Source: a virus. Taken from it: a stretch of 64,000 nt of DNA. Shown in pieces: positions 9,048 to 22,500 of the stretch. The stretch covers positions 33,257 to 97,256 of IMG/VR virus record IMGVR_UViG_3300030060_008361. The stretch is one strand, 5' to 3'. A model generated the notes under the pieces. It searched no databases. It was not told the DNA's origin and saw only the letters and a list, made by a program, of their open reading frames with translations. A program made the position numbers and the translations under genes. Position 1 is the stretch's first letter, and every line of letters begins with the position of its first letter.

Positions 9048-10592
9048 ATGAGCAATTCAATAAAAGATAAAATAACAAGAAAACCAACTTACTCAATAGA
9101 GAGAACTACAGACAAACAGGGAAAGCAAGGTTGGACAGCAACATATTCTGTAGAAATAGATGGAAAGGAGTATACTGAATCCTCCACTTCTAGTTCTCGT
9201 AATGGAGCCATGAACCAGGTTAAAACTAATTTTGCTATTAAAGTTTCAAATGATTATGAAACATCTGGGATAGTGCCGAGAAATATAGAAAAAGTACTAG
9301 GGTCCTCAGCAACCAGAGAGACATTGGCCCAGGCTCAAACCAGGCAGGTTTCCACAGTAAATGCCACCAGCGAAAATGGAAACTCATCGACCAGCCCGGG
9401 GGCCGAATCACCACAAACTAGAAGTGAAAGTCAGAAACTATCAGATCGCCAAGGTCCACAAACTAGAGAAAATAAAAAAACACACACTAGATCAGAAAAA
9501 CAAAAAAATCACTTACCATGGAAGACTCAGGGAGATAACCAACTAGATGGAAAAGGGGATTTCATACTTCATGATTACGTCCCGGAATACCTTGTCCGCC
9601 CGGGAGAAAAAAACATCAAAGCAGGAATAGGGGGGAAGTCTCAACATATTAACGCCAACATCATTATTGGACAAGATAACTCTCCCTTAGATAAACAAAT
9701 ATTTCAAAAAGATTCATCAAACAGAGACTACACATCAAGGTATGGTGGTTACATGTGCTCTGCGGCCATCGACATTGTTGTGGGTCGCATGGCCCCATTT
9801 CCGCTTAAGAAGATTAGTCAACTAGGTGACATTGTGTGCTCTCCAAGCTTCAACACAGAGTATCCACCAGAATTAGCAAATGAGATGCTTTTAAACGGCA
9901 AGCACCCAGGCTTCATGATGGATGCTGCAAGAATCTATATAAGTCAAATGACGGACGTGGACGAGAATTTTAAAATCACAACAGAGGTATCTGCCGCATC
10001 CCACGAAAACCAGGGAAGCTCTGGCGTCGATCCAGAAAGCACAAAGTGGCAAAAGAAAAAACTAGTTCCAACTAGTGCTATTATGTTAAAATCAGACAAG
10101 TTTAGAATCCACTCTCGCCAGGACGTTAAGATTGTCACCGGTGGCCCCAACGAGTTGTATAATTCTTTAGGCAATAGAATACGACAAAACAACGGCATAC
10201 ACTTGATAGCAGAAAATGGACTTGATAAAAATGGAAATGTCTTGCCCCAGCAGCCAATGGTTTTGGGTTATAACCTAATCAAAGTTTTAGAGCATTATGG
10301 TCTGTTAATAGAGGATGCCGTACAAGCTATGGACGCCATGACTTCTATACAAATGAATTTCAATGCAATAATAGCGAATAATTTTGACTTAATACCAATA
10401 CCAAGTGGTACCACTATACCAAACCCATTTAAAAAGTTAGCAGGCATAATAACCCAATTAGAGCTTTTAGTAAAAACTAGGTTCGGCTCCTTGTTTCAAT
10501 TAATAAATAATTTTAACTTAACTGCTAATTATTTAAGAGATACGGGTGAAAACCAAAACTTTATTTTGAGTAGGTACAATACGGTTAATTAA
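9048..10592 (+). CDS. Putative baseplate central spike/hub protein (gp5/gpV-like C-terminal beta repeats)
   Basis: AIDIVVGR, AARIYISQ, SAIMLKSDKFRIHSRQDVKIVTG, IHLIA, QPMVLG beta-strand repeats; lies upstream of gp25/gp6. Confidence 0.45.
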   Translation: MSNSIKDKITRKPTYSIERTTDKQGKQGWTATYSVEIDGKEYTESSTSSSRNGAMNQVKTNFAIKVSNDYETSGIVPRNIEKVLGSSATRETLAQAQTRQVSTVNATSENGNSSTSPGAESPQTRSESQKLSDRQGPQTRENKKTHTRSEKQKNHLPWKTQGDNQLDGKGDFILHDYVPEYLVRPGEKNIKAGIGGKSQHINANIIIGQDNSPLDKQIFQKDSSNRDYTSRYGGYMCSAAIDIVVGRMAPFPLKKISQLGDIVCSPSFNTEYPPELANEMLLNGKHPGFMMDAARIYISQMTDVDENFKITTEVSAASHENQGSSGVDPESTKWQKKKLVPTSAIMLKSDKFRIHSRQDVKIVTGGPNELYNSLGNRIRQNNGIHLIAENGLDKNGNVLPQQPMVLGYNLIKVLEHYGLLIEDAVQAMDAMTSIQMNFNAIIANNFDLIPIPSGTTIPNPFKKLAGIITQLELLVKTRFGSLFQLINNFNLTANYLRDTGENQNFILSRYNTVN

Positions 10593-13500
10593 ATGTATAA
10601 CAGTTTATATAGATTAGAAATTTCGCATCCTAAAGAAAAGGTATCATTCGGCCCAAGAACGCTCGGTGATATCGGCCGAGATATATTGATTATTAAGCAC
10701 GCCCTAGGTGTTGTGAAACGCCAAGCTGAAATCGCAGCAGATGCTGGTCCGAACGAGGACCTCTCTCTTGTAGATCCAAATCATTGGTTTGATTGCGTAA
10801 AGGGGGTCCCTGTGTCAAATGTGGAAGCGGCAACATTTGATAAAAACCTTCAAAAATACATAACCCGATTTCAGACAGAAAATCAATTTTATATATTAAG
10901 TTACTTGTTTAGTCACTATGCTATACCAGAAACCACTGAAAAAATATACGCTATTAGAAGAAGGGGGTCTTACCAGGCACCACAATTAGAAGACCATGAA
11001 ACAGCTAGCACCATTTCGCCATGGGTAACTTCTGGTGCGAATAGGACGCTCTTGCCGGCCGGCAAGAGTATATCTTTGTCAAGTAGAGCGGAAGATAGTC
11101 CTACTGTTCAAAGATATCAGACTCATCAATTCTTGTCAAAGCAGGTTGAAAAAATTTCCAGTTTATATAATTCCGAATTCGGATCAATTGGAGAAGCTAC
11201 TTTGGCTGTTATGCATGGTTGGCTACCCAGAACAACACTGTCTAGTCAATCTTACCACTATGATGCGAAAACGTTCGAGCATTTATCAGAAGCGCACGAT
11301 CTAGTTTTAAAGCCAGTTTATTACTCTAGGTTTGATGAGGATTCGCAAAACGATGGCATACAAAGAAGTTCCTCTGAAGATGAGAATATAGTTAGTAGTT
11401 TCTATAATGTGCTGGATAGGGAAGATTCACAACAGGTAATAGGAGAGTACTATCGACAGGTGTCACTATCTGAAAAAATAGATTTTAACCTGGAAGAAGA
11501 AGTACAAATATCTACGACAAGCATCAATTACAGCTTGGAAGATTTTAGCCTGGTCTCTTATGATACTTCCACAAGATCTGGGCCCACTCGCCCGGACGGA
11601 TCAGGCGGATATGAAAGCATACTTTATAAAGCCATAGAACAAATTAGCGACCCTGCTAATAACGTACCCAGAGCAGAAAATATTAGGGCCCTTTCAAATA
11701 AAGATTACTCCGAAGCACTCAACAGAATATCCGAGCCGGATCCATTGATAGATCCAGATCCTTTTTTAGTTAATGATTCAACCATAGGGTACTTTAATAG
11801 AACTGACTACACATTAGAGAATTTGCCACCTTTCATGCCAACAGGTGACCAACCCGATGACGCCACCACGCGGGAATACTCTGTAGTAATAAGGTCACTA
11901 GAAGACAAGGCTCTAGCAGAAATACTTAAATTCTATGGAAAGCCAGAAATATTTTATCTAGATACAAGAAACGAAGAATTTAGAAAAACTTTTATCGACA
12001 AATCTGGAGAAAGAGCCTTCTTTAATTCCGAAGATCGCTTCTTTCGGCCAAAAGACAAAGAAGGCAGCTTATTGAATTCTGTGTACAAACCTGAAAAAGA
12101 TTTAGTATGGGTTTTGACAACAATGTATACTGAAGCATCTCTTAATTTGATAGAGACACACCCCGGCGAATATGAAATATATCAAGATTTTGAAACACCC
12201 GTTCCGTCAGGGCTCCCGGGCGCAGCCCCTGTGGCCAACCCTAATGATCCATTGATAAGGTTTGTTGAATTTGTCACGCCCTCTTTAAGGCCAGGAGATA
12301 ACTATAGAGCAAAGTTTCATATAAATAAATCTAAGCTAGATTTTATTAAAAATGGCTATACAGATAAAGAACAGCATAATTTATTGATACAGCAATTTTC
12401 TGATGCTAGTAAGAGATCGCAAAATGTTATAAACCCTCTTAATAAAATAGACGAAGACTGCAGTATAAAAGAGGGAGAATCGCCACCTCCAGAACAAACT
12501 AGTTCACCATTTACAATAGGAAGATCAGAGAGAGACGAAAAAAGAAGATATCAAGAATATAGGGCTTTAACCTCAAAAAGAAAAAAAGAAATACAAAGAG
12601 CGCTTAGAGAAGCTACACTAGAGTCTTTTGAAAGTAACAGCGGCGCAAATTCTGTAAATGTAGATTTGGGCGTCCTTGGTAATGCTAATTTAAACTTTGA
12701 TACATTTAATGCTAATCCTTATGATTATACAACAGGGGTACTAAATACTTTCGGTAGCCTTATATCGTCTGGTGTAGATGCAAATATATCAAACCCGACT
12801 TTGAGTAAATACACCGACTTAAAAATTAGTTTTCCAAATTTACAATCAAGGGCTCAGCTAGCTTCATCAGACCTTAGAAAAGCCTACATGGCATCGATAA
12901 AAGAAAGAATAACTTTTAACGATACAAAGTTTAACGGAGCAAAAGAGGCGCTACTTTTAGGAAATTTACCAGCAGAGCTTAGGCAGTGTATACAAAGAAA
13001 TAAAGTCCCAAAAGATCCACCGTTTCGTTTTGGTGACGAGCCTTTTGGTATTGGTGAGGGAAACTACTTTGATGTTAGTCCGCTATCTAGATTTACCGGA
13101 ACGTTTTTAAATGAGATACAGTTTACGTTCGATCAGGTACCAGGAGGGATGCAAATTTCAGGTATCAAGGCTGGAGACTCATATGTGCCCACTTCGGAAA
13201 TCAAAAAATATAGATCACTAAGTAACCCAAGGACAGTAGCTTACTTGGCTCAGATATATGATATGACCGGAGGACAGCTCAACCAGGACCTTGGTCTAAA
13301 AAGCCTGTTTGATTTCGATGTGCCAGCCTGTCATGAAATAGGCCTGGGCAAAAGAGGTCTTGGATACTTAAAAAAATACACACCAGGACTGAAGGGAAAC
13401 CTTGAGGAATTTAACCCTATTAGTCAGTGGTATCAAGAGAACGTTGAAGATCCATTCTACAAATGGGTTGATAGATCAAAAAGCAATCTAAGCAGAACGT

Positions 13501-16500
13501 GGAACACTAGCTTTAACGAAGATCAGATGCTTCAGCTTTTGGGCAAAACATGTGAGTTGAGAGTTGTCTATAAAGATTTTCTAAAAAAACTAAGCCTGCC
13601 GGGTCTTTTGTGTGACTTTATAAAATGTTTAAGACTACCGGGCTTTGATCTTAAAATTCCAAATTTTCAACTGCCACCGTTTCCAAATATTGATATATTT
13701 GGTTGGTACAAAAATTTGGTAAATTTCATACTAAAGCAGCTTTTTGATATTGTTGTGAGAATTGCTTGTACTTTTGTGAGAATGATTATAGATTTTTTAA
13801 ATTTTCCATTCTGCCAAGAACAGTTAAGGGATCAACTTTATGGAGAACTTTCTAGTACGTCGCCAATCGTACAGCAGGCCGTTGTGGATGGTTTGACAGA
13901 CCTGGGAATTAAGATGTCTGATGATAATATAGACTCTGTAAAGGACTTTGCTGAACAATCTTTACTTTTCTTAACTGGAGAAGAGGTCTGTAGACTTCTT
14001 AACGGGGAAAGAATTGACCCTGTGTCTATGTCAATGTTAGAGCGCTTAGCTTCCAAAAATGAAATAGACGATTTAAATTCTGAAGATAGAATTATAGAGT
14101 TTTTTAATACAATAGGAGTTTTCATCCCTGACGGTTTTTGTGAAAACCTCCAAAGCGATGCTCTTAACAACTGGGCCCTTGGGTCTTTTGGTTGTGATGA
14201 GACAACTTCTTATGTGGATCAAATAAGAAAAAGAATGCTCGCCGGCGGAGCTTCTGACGAAGAGATTGACAAAGCTGTAGAGCTAGCCAATAAGAACCTT
14301 CAAGACCAAGCAGATAAACTACAGGCTTTGGGGGAAGTTGGAATATCTGATTTGCTGCCTGATGTGGTTAACTTTGGAGACCCAAATGCAATTATTAATG
14401 ACTTGCCACCGAGCCTCAAAGAACAGTCAACAACGGCAGCCAAAGGCTTGTTTGAGTCTGCCAGAATGGCCTATCTTAGTTCTTTAAGTAATTTTGCCCC
14501 ATCTTTGTTTCTCTCGGCCCCAAGAATTACAAGACCACCGGATCCTGATTTTGACTACGATTCTCAAATTATAGTCAGTACTATACTAGAGAGGTTTAAA
14601 ATTTTCACTTTATTGGTGGAAGAATATGAAGCTTCAAATCCAGGTCAGCCCCCTGGACGAACAGAACTGGTAAAAAGACTAAATGCCCTATATCAAGTTT
14701 ATGAGACGGAGGGCCCTTCAGGCCAAAAAGTCTGTAAAACATATAGGTGGAACCCAGACGCCGGAATTTTTGGCAGTGCTAATCAAGGTGACTTTTATAC
14801 GAGCGACAGTAGAAACTTTGAACCAATAACTCTTCAGCAAATAGCGGAATCACCACCAACCCTTGAAGTAGCTCTTAAGCCAGTGGGGCACGTTGAGAAT
14901 GGGTACTATTTACCACTACCATCCGACACTCCACCAGCACAGAGGGAGCAATTACGCGGGACTAATAAAGCACCAAGCGCTGCCGAAGCAGGGTCTAGAT
15001 TTAATTTAAACAGTATAGAGTGTACAAGCATAATAGGAGAAGTAATAAGCGTCCCAGCGATTTCAGCACTTGATTCTCCAATTGAGGTTCCAATACCAGC
15101 TATATGTACTGTGATTCCTCTAGAAGAATCAAATCTAGCAAATTTTACTTTTGTCATGCCGCTTCTTATGGAGGTTCGCGCTGTAGAGTTAAGTAATCTA
15201 AACGCAGAAGCTTTACCCGAAAACCAACAAGAAGTTCTACCGGCCAATCTTCCTGATATTATGCTCAATAGAATATTGGTTAATAGAATTACTGAGCTAA
15301 GATCGGAACTGGGGTTTCACTTAACCAGAGTATCCTCGATCAAACAAGGTAATGAATACCTAGGAGGAATAAGAGAGCTGTTTTCTTTGACACAGGAAAA
15401 TATGCTAGAAAACTTAAAAATAGAAAATAGAAATCAAGACAACCGCATAGAAGTAGTTGATGTTGCTACTTTAAATAACGGACCAATAAAATTAGAAACA
15501 AACTTTGGAGCCCTACAGTCAGGACTTAAATATCAAGAGCATCTAGACGAACAAGCAAGAGAGAGGGAAGACATATTAGAGTCTGGAGTCAGAAGAGATG
15601 CTTATACAATAAAGCTATATAAAGACAATATGTTTAGAGTACGAAACTCCGAAGGGTTTCTAGATCCTAGAACTGAGGATAACGCCGTTGAAATAAACGT
15701 ATGCGATATTATAGAAATAAATCAAGACGAAAAAACTCTGTATTCTAGAAGAGAACTTCTTGCAAGAAGAGTGGCCAAAAGCTTGAGAAGTTTTTCTGAG
15801 CTTTATGGCCAAGTTGACTTTACAGATGGGCAAATGAATTCCGTGGCAACCGCATTCGAAAATAAAATATATTCCAAGGCTATGGAGGGTGTTTTTGAGC
15901 AGGTGTTTTTTGCCACAAGACAATCAAGAATATATGACGAAGAAAATTATTATCCAGAATTTCAAAGGCGAGTTTCAGGAGAGGCTTACTATAATGAAGA
16001 CAAACAATGTTATAAAAATAGATTTAATGTTCCGCAGCTAGCAATTCTTTCTTTTGATAAAATTGTTACAGAAGAATTGGGTAGTCAAATTTCTAAAGAA
16101 CTGGCAAAAGAAGAAGGGTACCCTTACAATATTGATTATAACAGCGCTGGCCCTGTTGAAAGGGCAATACAGAATGTGTGTTTAATAGGTTTTATTAGAA
16201 TATGTTTAGTAGAGCTTTTACTTAAGGGTTCACTGGTATATACATCCTGGGATTTTGAAGAAGTGTTTCAAGAAAAATCAATCCAAGAGTTTATATTCCA
16301 ATATATAAAATCAGAACTAAACAGAAAAGAGTCAATGAAGCAAAACTGGAAATCAATGGTTTCCCAAATAACCGGCATAGACAATTATGAAATAGCATTA
16401 AGAAAATTAGTAGAAAATCAATCAATGAAGTTGTTAGATTTATCAAAAGAAGTGTTTCAAAATGCCCCAACAGCAGAGGGAGATGAATTTTTAAGTTGGT

Positions 16501-19500
16501 ACGCGAAAAACTACGTACCTCAATCACATTGCTCTAAAAATGTACAAACAGTCAGCGGTACCCGCCCTGAAATAATAACTGAGACGCTGGTAGATACATT
16601 TGGCAATATTATAGGTACTCGCTCTGGACAAGAGTCAGGGTCTAGAAACTTGGGTGATTTTTATTGGATGCATCCCCTTAGAGACAGTAGTAATTTTGAT
16701 TTTCTTACTGAGTTGGCCCGGACCTCCCCAGCACCAGGTGATGAACCTCCGGTATCAGTTGAACAATTAAACGCTAACGCCCAAGCTGCTAGCTATGTTG
16801 AAGGTGATGATCCATTTTTTCACATAGAGCACTATTTAGAGGTCGTCGGACCCTTGGCCTCCGTGGAGAGTTTAGTGATCCCCGGCCGTCAAATAGTTGA
16901 CGAAATAATAAATATACCAGATTTTAGTCCTGGCAACCTAGAGGAAAGTAGAAGAAACAAGCTCACGCGCATCCGCGCAAATGAAAGCAGGGGGGTCCCG
17001 CAAGACCATCGCGCTATTGGCGGCGCCTTCGCAGGCCAAATAAGAGATAGGGAGTATATGAATATTTCCTCTGCTAGAGCACGCTTTAGAAATTTGATGC
17101 CGTTTTTTGAGCGTTATTATGCGAGTTATGGTTTTTCTGCCAGGCCTCAAATTGAAGGCGGCGCGGCGGGAACAGCAGAAGAAAGGTTAGTCGAGATTGA
17201 TTTTGCCTCTGTTAATGACCCCAACAAATTCTCTGAGCTAACTGAAATTTTTCATATAGAAGACTTTATTAGTGCTTTAAGATTTGCGCTCGCAGATAGT
17301 AACTTAGATAAATTTAGAAACCATTTACTCGGCCTTATGCATTATGTGCCAGACCCAGATGATTTTGACTACCCAATAGAAGATACACAATTACGCGCTG
17401 CACACTCAATGCCTGAGACGATTAGAAGAACACCAGTAAGGTTTATAAAAAAGATTAGAAAAATAATAAAAGTTAAAAATGATTTCTTATCGCACCCTTA
17501 TAAAGACTTTTATTATGGCCAGGGCGACATTCTTGATTACAGAGCTAAAATCTTTACAGACCCAAAGCAAGCATATCAGTTTCTGGAAACAGACGGCACC
17601 GGGGACTCAAATAGTTTTAGAAACAGCTTTGTAAATGAGGTAGAAGAAGTTCAAGAGGAGACAAGATGGTTCATTGTATCGGCTAACGGAGAAGATATCA
17701 TATCTATTCTTCAGCAAGCTGATGAAAGTATATTTCAGCCAAATGCTGACGGCCGAGACATTGCCCGGGCAAGCGTATCTTTGCCTAAATCTGGAAGGAC
17801 AATGTTGTACAGTTCTTTTTGCAGCGGTCAACATGTAGAGCTACACAATAATCTTTCTTCAAATAGTCCTGAATTTACTAAATTTTTAGACCAAAATAAA
17901 GTTAAATTAAAATCTGGACTAGAAGATACCCGACCGATAAGAAGCATAAGTCATCATAGAGTTGCTGGCAATAATGCAACAAATTTTAATGAATCTCGTG
18001 CTAAAATAGGTGGACTATTAAGAGTTGATTTTGAAACCTCAAACGGACCATCTAAACTTCAACTATCTACAAGTCAAGAAGGAATGGGCGCAATAGTCCT
18101 CGATGGCGGCCCATCGGATGTCATAAACCTTGTCTCTGGCCAAAGAAACGAAGAGTCAAAAGACTTTTTAAGATTTCAGCCAGAACAACTTTCCGATACT
18201 ACACACGAAGTATTTTCAAATAAAATTGGTGAATTTCGAAATGATGAGTCCTATAGGTTTTATAAAACACAGTGGAAGAACTCTCTAGGAGCTGACCTTA
18301 TTAGCAACCTTGGCGAATCCAGCGCGCTTGTAGAGGAAGTTTGGCATGAAACAGTTATAGAATTCTCAGGCGATTCGTCTATATTAGCCGGCCTGTACGG
18401 TTCCCAAACTATAGGCGAAACTATGGACCCAGCAGTTTTGAATTTTATACCAGATCAACAAACAAAAGACAAGTTTACTAATAAAGTTCTACCAATTGTA
18501 AAAAACCAGCTTGGTCAAGGTGATCGATTCCGCTCAGCCTATGGTAATATATATGGTCCTACTTTTTGGTACGACAGAAAGGGCGATAATGCCTACGCCG
18601 GGCCGGCCCGAGGCTTGGGTAATAATATTTACGGCCCGTTTATAGCGAGGCCCATGGGCATAGATAAGTTTACAAATTTTAAATTTACTAGCGGAATTTT
18701 AACTAATAATGGCAAGTCTACTCAAAAATCTGATGACGCGAAAGAGAATTATCTTTCTTTAATTTCGCCATTTAAACACAGAGTTATAGATTGGGCATCC
18801 GACGCCGGAACCTCCGACAATCCGGAAGAAGTTACCATGGTGAGTATTTTTGATAATTTAGAATACATGTCGAGTAGAACACCCTCCGTAGAAGGCGACC
18901 GGTACGACTGGCTTAAATATAATAGACCATACTGGTCAGATCCAAACATAGTCGAAAACATGGAAGCGGAAGCCGGAGGAAATAAATTTTCTAGAACTAG
19001 AATGTACATACACAAAACGCCAAAAATTGGCTTTGGTGCTGATGAGGATATCAGATCTGTCGCCTATCCCAAACTTACCTTGTTGCCTCCAAACATATAC
19101 AGGGTTCCTTTAAGGCTTTTGATAACACAGGTGTATATAGAGAATGAAGTAAAAGCCGCATATGCTAGATTTGTCGCACCAAAATATATCCAAAATATGG
19201 CAAAAGACAGAGAGGTGGATGTATATAACGATTATGATCCAAGTCAAATCATCCCGATCGGGTCACCTAGGCCGCCTGGTGTAGACCCTTATGTTAGTGG
19301 TGGTCCAACATCTCAAAACGTGTCGACACTAAATCAAGCGATGAGAAACATATTTGATGATTATGATCTTTTTATGTCAAGAATGAGCTTGCCAGATAGG
19401 ACCAATAGAGATGCGATCGTCCAACGATTTTTCTTTGGCGACAACAGGCAGTTTCCAAATTTTTCAAGAGAAACTTACAGAAGCCTCACATCCGCCGCCG

Positions 19501-22500
19501 AGAACGCCGATATAAAAATAAACCCACACGCTTTTAATTGTGAAATGCGGTTCGATGATCCTAAGATCTATTGTTCAATAGAAAGGATATATTCGGAAGC
19601 GTTTGAGATGGAAACCAAACAAGCCACATGGAACTCAAATCAAGAATTGGACAAACTGTTTAGCGAAAATCGAGGATTTTTATTAAGGAAGACACAAAAC
19701 CCAATTCCATCCCAAGATGCACTTGAGCAAGTAATGAAATATACCGAAGATAATGTCCAGGTCTACGCTGGCGAGAACACCGTTGGCCTCAACGTTAATC
19801 CTGCCCAAGACGACTCGGAATATATACACAATCGGGGAGCTACATATAACCCATCAGTTGTTTATAAGAGCAAAACAAATCTAATAAATCACCTTGAATC
19901 ATTACATTACTTTTATCACACACCGGTAAATAAATTTGCTAAAGGTCATTCTCACCAGATGTTTCATAGAATAACTTTCTCTATTCACAACTTATTACAG
20001 TGGTATCTAAGAAGCAGAACGCAGGATTCTTTCTGGGGCCTGTTAACGCCAAGCAACACTGGCAAGCACACAGCCCAATATGGTCTAAAGGGAGTTCAAG
20101 CTCAGCCATTAGTTCAACATTCTGTGTACCGAGACGACGCAGGTCGAGCAGGAAGACAATTTGTTGGTCATCGTTCTTATTATATACCAACTGCTCCATG
20201 GTCTCATGCTATGCATAGGACTTCTTTTGATGGAAATAGTTTTGGAACGAAAGCAGACAGGATGAGATTTTATTTTAGTAGTGAGAAACCACAAAAAAAT
20301 ATCCCCGGTCGGGGTGATAACAACAGCAACCCATACTGTCATAGGTATTATTATCGCCCCGGCGTAATGACTTTGATGCATGACTTTGCTGAATATTGGA
20401 AAGATTCCCGATCTGTTGGCATCACGTCTTTCGGCCCGCAGGCTACAATACACAATAATCCCAAGTCTATTGATAATTATAGTGGAGATTTATCTTTTAG
20501 AGCTTGGTCTATTAACTATAGAAATTTTTCAAAAACAGATAAAATAATTGATTCAACAATTACCAGAGATGGCATCGGGCACTATTTTGTAAACTACAAT
20601 AGAATATCTGGTCCGCACATAAAAGAATATGGGTCCTCAATGTTTTATGGCGACGGCCGTTTTTCTTTGGCAGATATATGTAACTTTTTTTGCTCAAATA
20701 TAACTACTATCTTTAGAACAGCGCAACAATTAAAAGATTCAGATACGCGACCCAGCGGCCAAGGCCAACAACCATTAACATCCCTAGAAGGCTTCATCAA
20801 GAAGGCCGTTGACGGATTGTTTGTAAATCAAGCAACGGACGGGGCTAGTGTGTATCAGACTGATTTTTTTAAAATATTGTTCAAACTTCTAGAAAGTTCT
20901 ACAACAAATTATGACGAAATAGGTATAACGGATTCGGTTATAAGAAATGCTTTTGGTAGCTTGATGGGCGACGGGCGCGACGACGCCGGCGACTCCTGGT
21001 TATATACTATAAGGGAAATTCTCTCGCCCGGACGCCCACTGCCATCATCTGCTTTAATTGGCATACCTAGAGAAAATAGAATTCAAAATAGGTTCGCTGA
21101 TAAATTAAATGCTATTCTTGATACGCAGATAAGTTTTTTAAATGAGATGATAAAGAAGACTGGCGCCTTAGCACAATACCAAGTTAGGACAGAATCGTGT
21201 GTCAATAAGAATAATGTCTATTCTGAGCAAGAAAAATGCTTAAAAGCAATGGAATTTATGAGAAGGTTGTTGGTTTTTGCGAAACAAAAAGCGCCATCAT
21301 TTATGTCAAAATTAGCGGTAATGGCTCTCGCATGCCGGCATGGGTTTGCTACAAATATGGTAAACATGTTTGATAATGGATTTAACGCAACTATTGGTGG
21401 AATGTCTACAAGAACGTTTACTAGAGCTAGAAGAATAGTTGATGGTGCCAAGTATGAACAAGCCAAGCTTGGGCTCTACTGGTTTCATGTTCTTGTGGCT
21501 GGCTTGGGCTTAGCAGGCACAACAGGGCTTTACAACAATGGGGCTGACTCACCTATTGGTGATGACGGGCGCGCCTGGAAAGATACTGGAACTTCTAATT
21601 ATTGCGTCTTGAGGAATAAAACTTTGGTGGGGGTTCAAAATGGGTACACACAAGCTTTAACTAGGATATTTAAGTTGATCTGCATGCCCGGAATGTTTCC
21701 GGCTGGAACATGGCTGACAAAACAGCGCGACAAATGGATGAATCTTGCAAATAAAAACTGGAAATCTGGAAAATATTGCTCCTTTAGGATAAATGGGAGA
21801 CAAATACAAGACACATACGATAACTACACCTTGAGTTTTCGCCTAGGCGCCGGCTATTCGCCATTCGCTCAACTCAAGCCAAGAGATGAGTTTTTTGGTG
21901 GATATACTGGTGGAGGCTCCGTAGGCCACAAAGTTGCTGGCGCCCCTCAAGGCGGCGCGCAGTATGCCCCCATGCAGCCTGGTGGACAGTCATTTAGTCG
22001 AGCTGTTATGGAATATGGACTCAAACCGACTCAGGCAATCACTCTAGAAAAAATGACACAGTTTTTACCCGGAGGTCTTTTAAATTACAGAGCATCGTGG
22101 ACCAATGCTGCGGCAACACAACAGTGGAAAGATACTGTTGCGGCCAATAACCCCGACGCGAATAACACAAAATCTGCTCCCTCAATATTTTTAAATTTTA
22201 TCAATCGGCAGATCAACAGCGGGGACCCCAAATGGGATCCAACCCTCGGTGACCGCGATGCCAGTCCCAGCTTTCCTATTGTGTTCGAATATGAGCCATC
22301 CAGATTTGTCAATCCAACTATAGATGAAATATTGGACGATCTAAAAACTATCGTTCGAAATGTTAGATCAGAATCAGTAGGACAAGAGGAGTGGGTAAGA
22401 GTCTTTATAGAAACAATGACGCCTGCCTTTAATAGTGATGATTGGTCGTTGGTTACACAAAAAGGAATTTCTAATTTAGCTCGGAACTATGGCATGGAAG

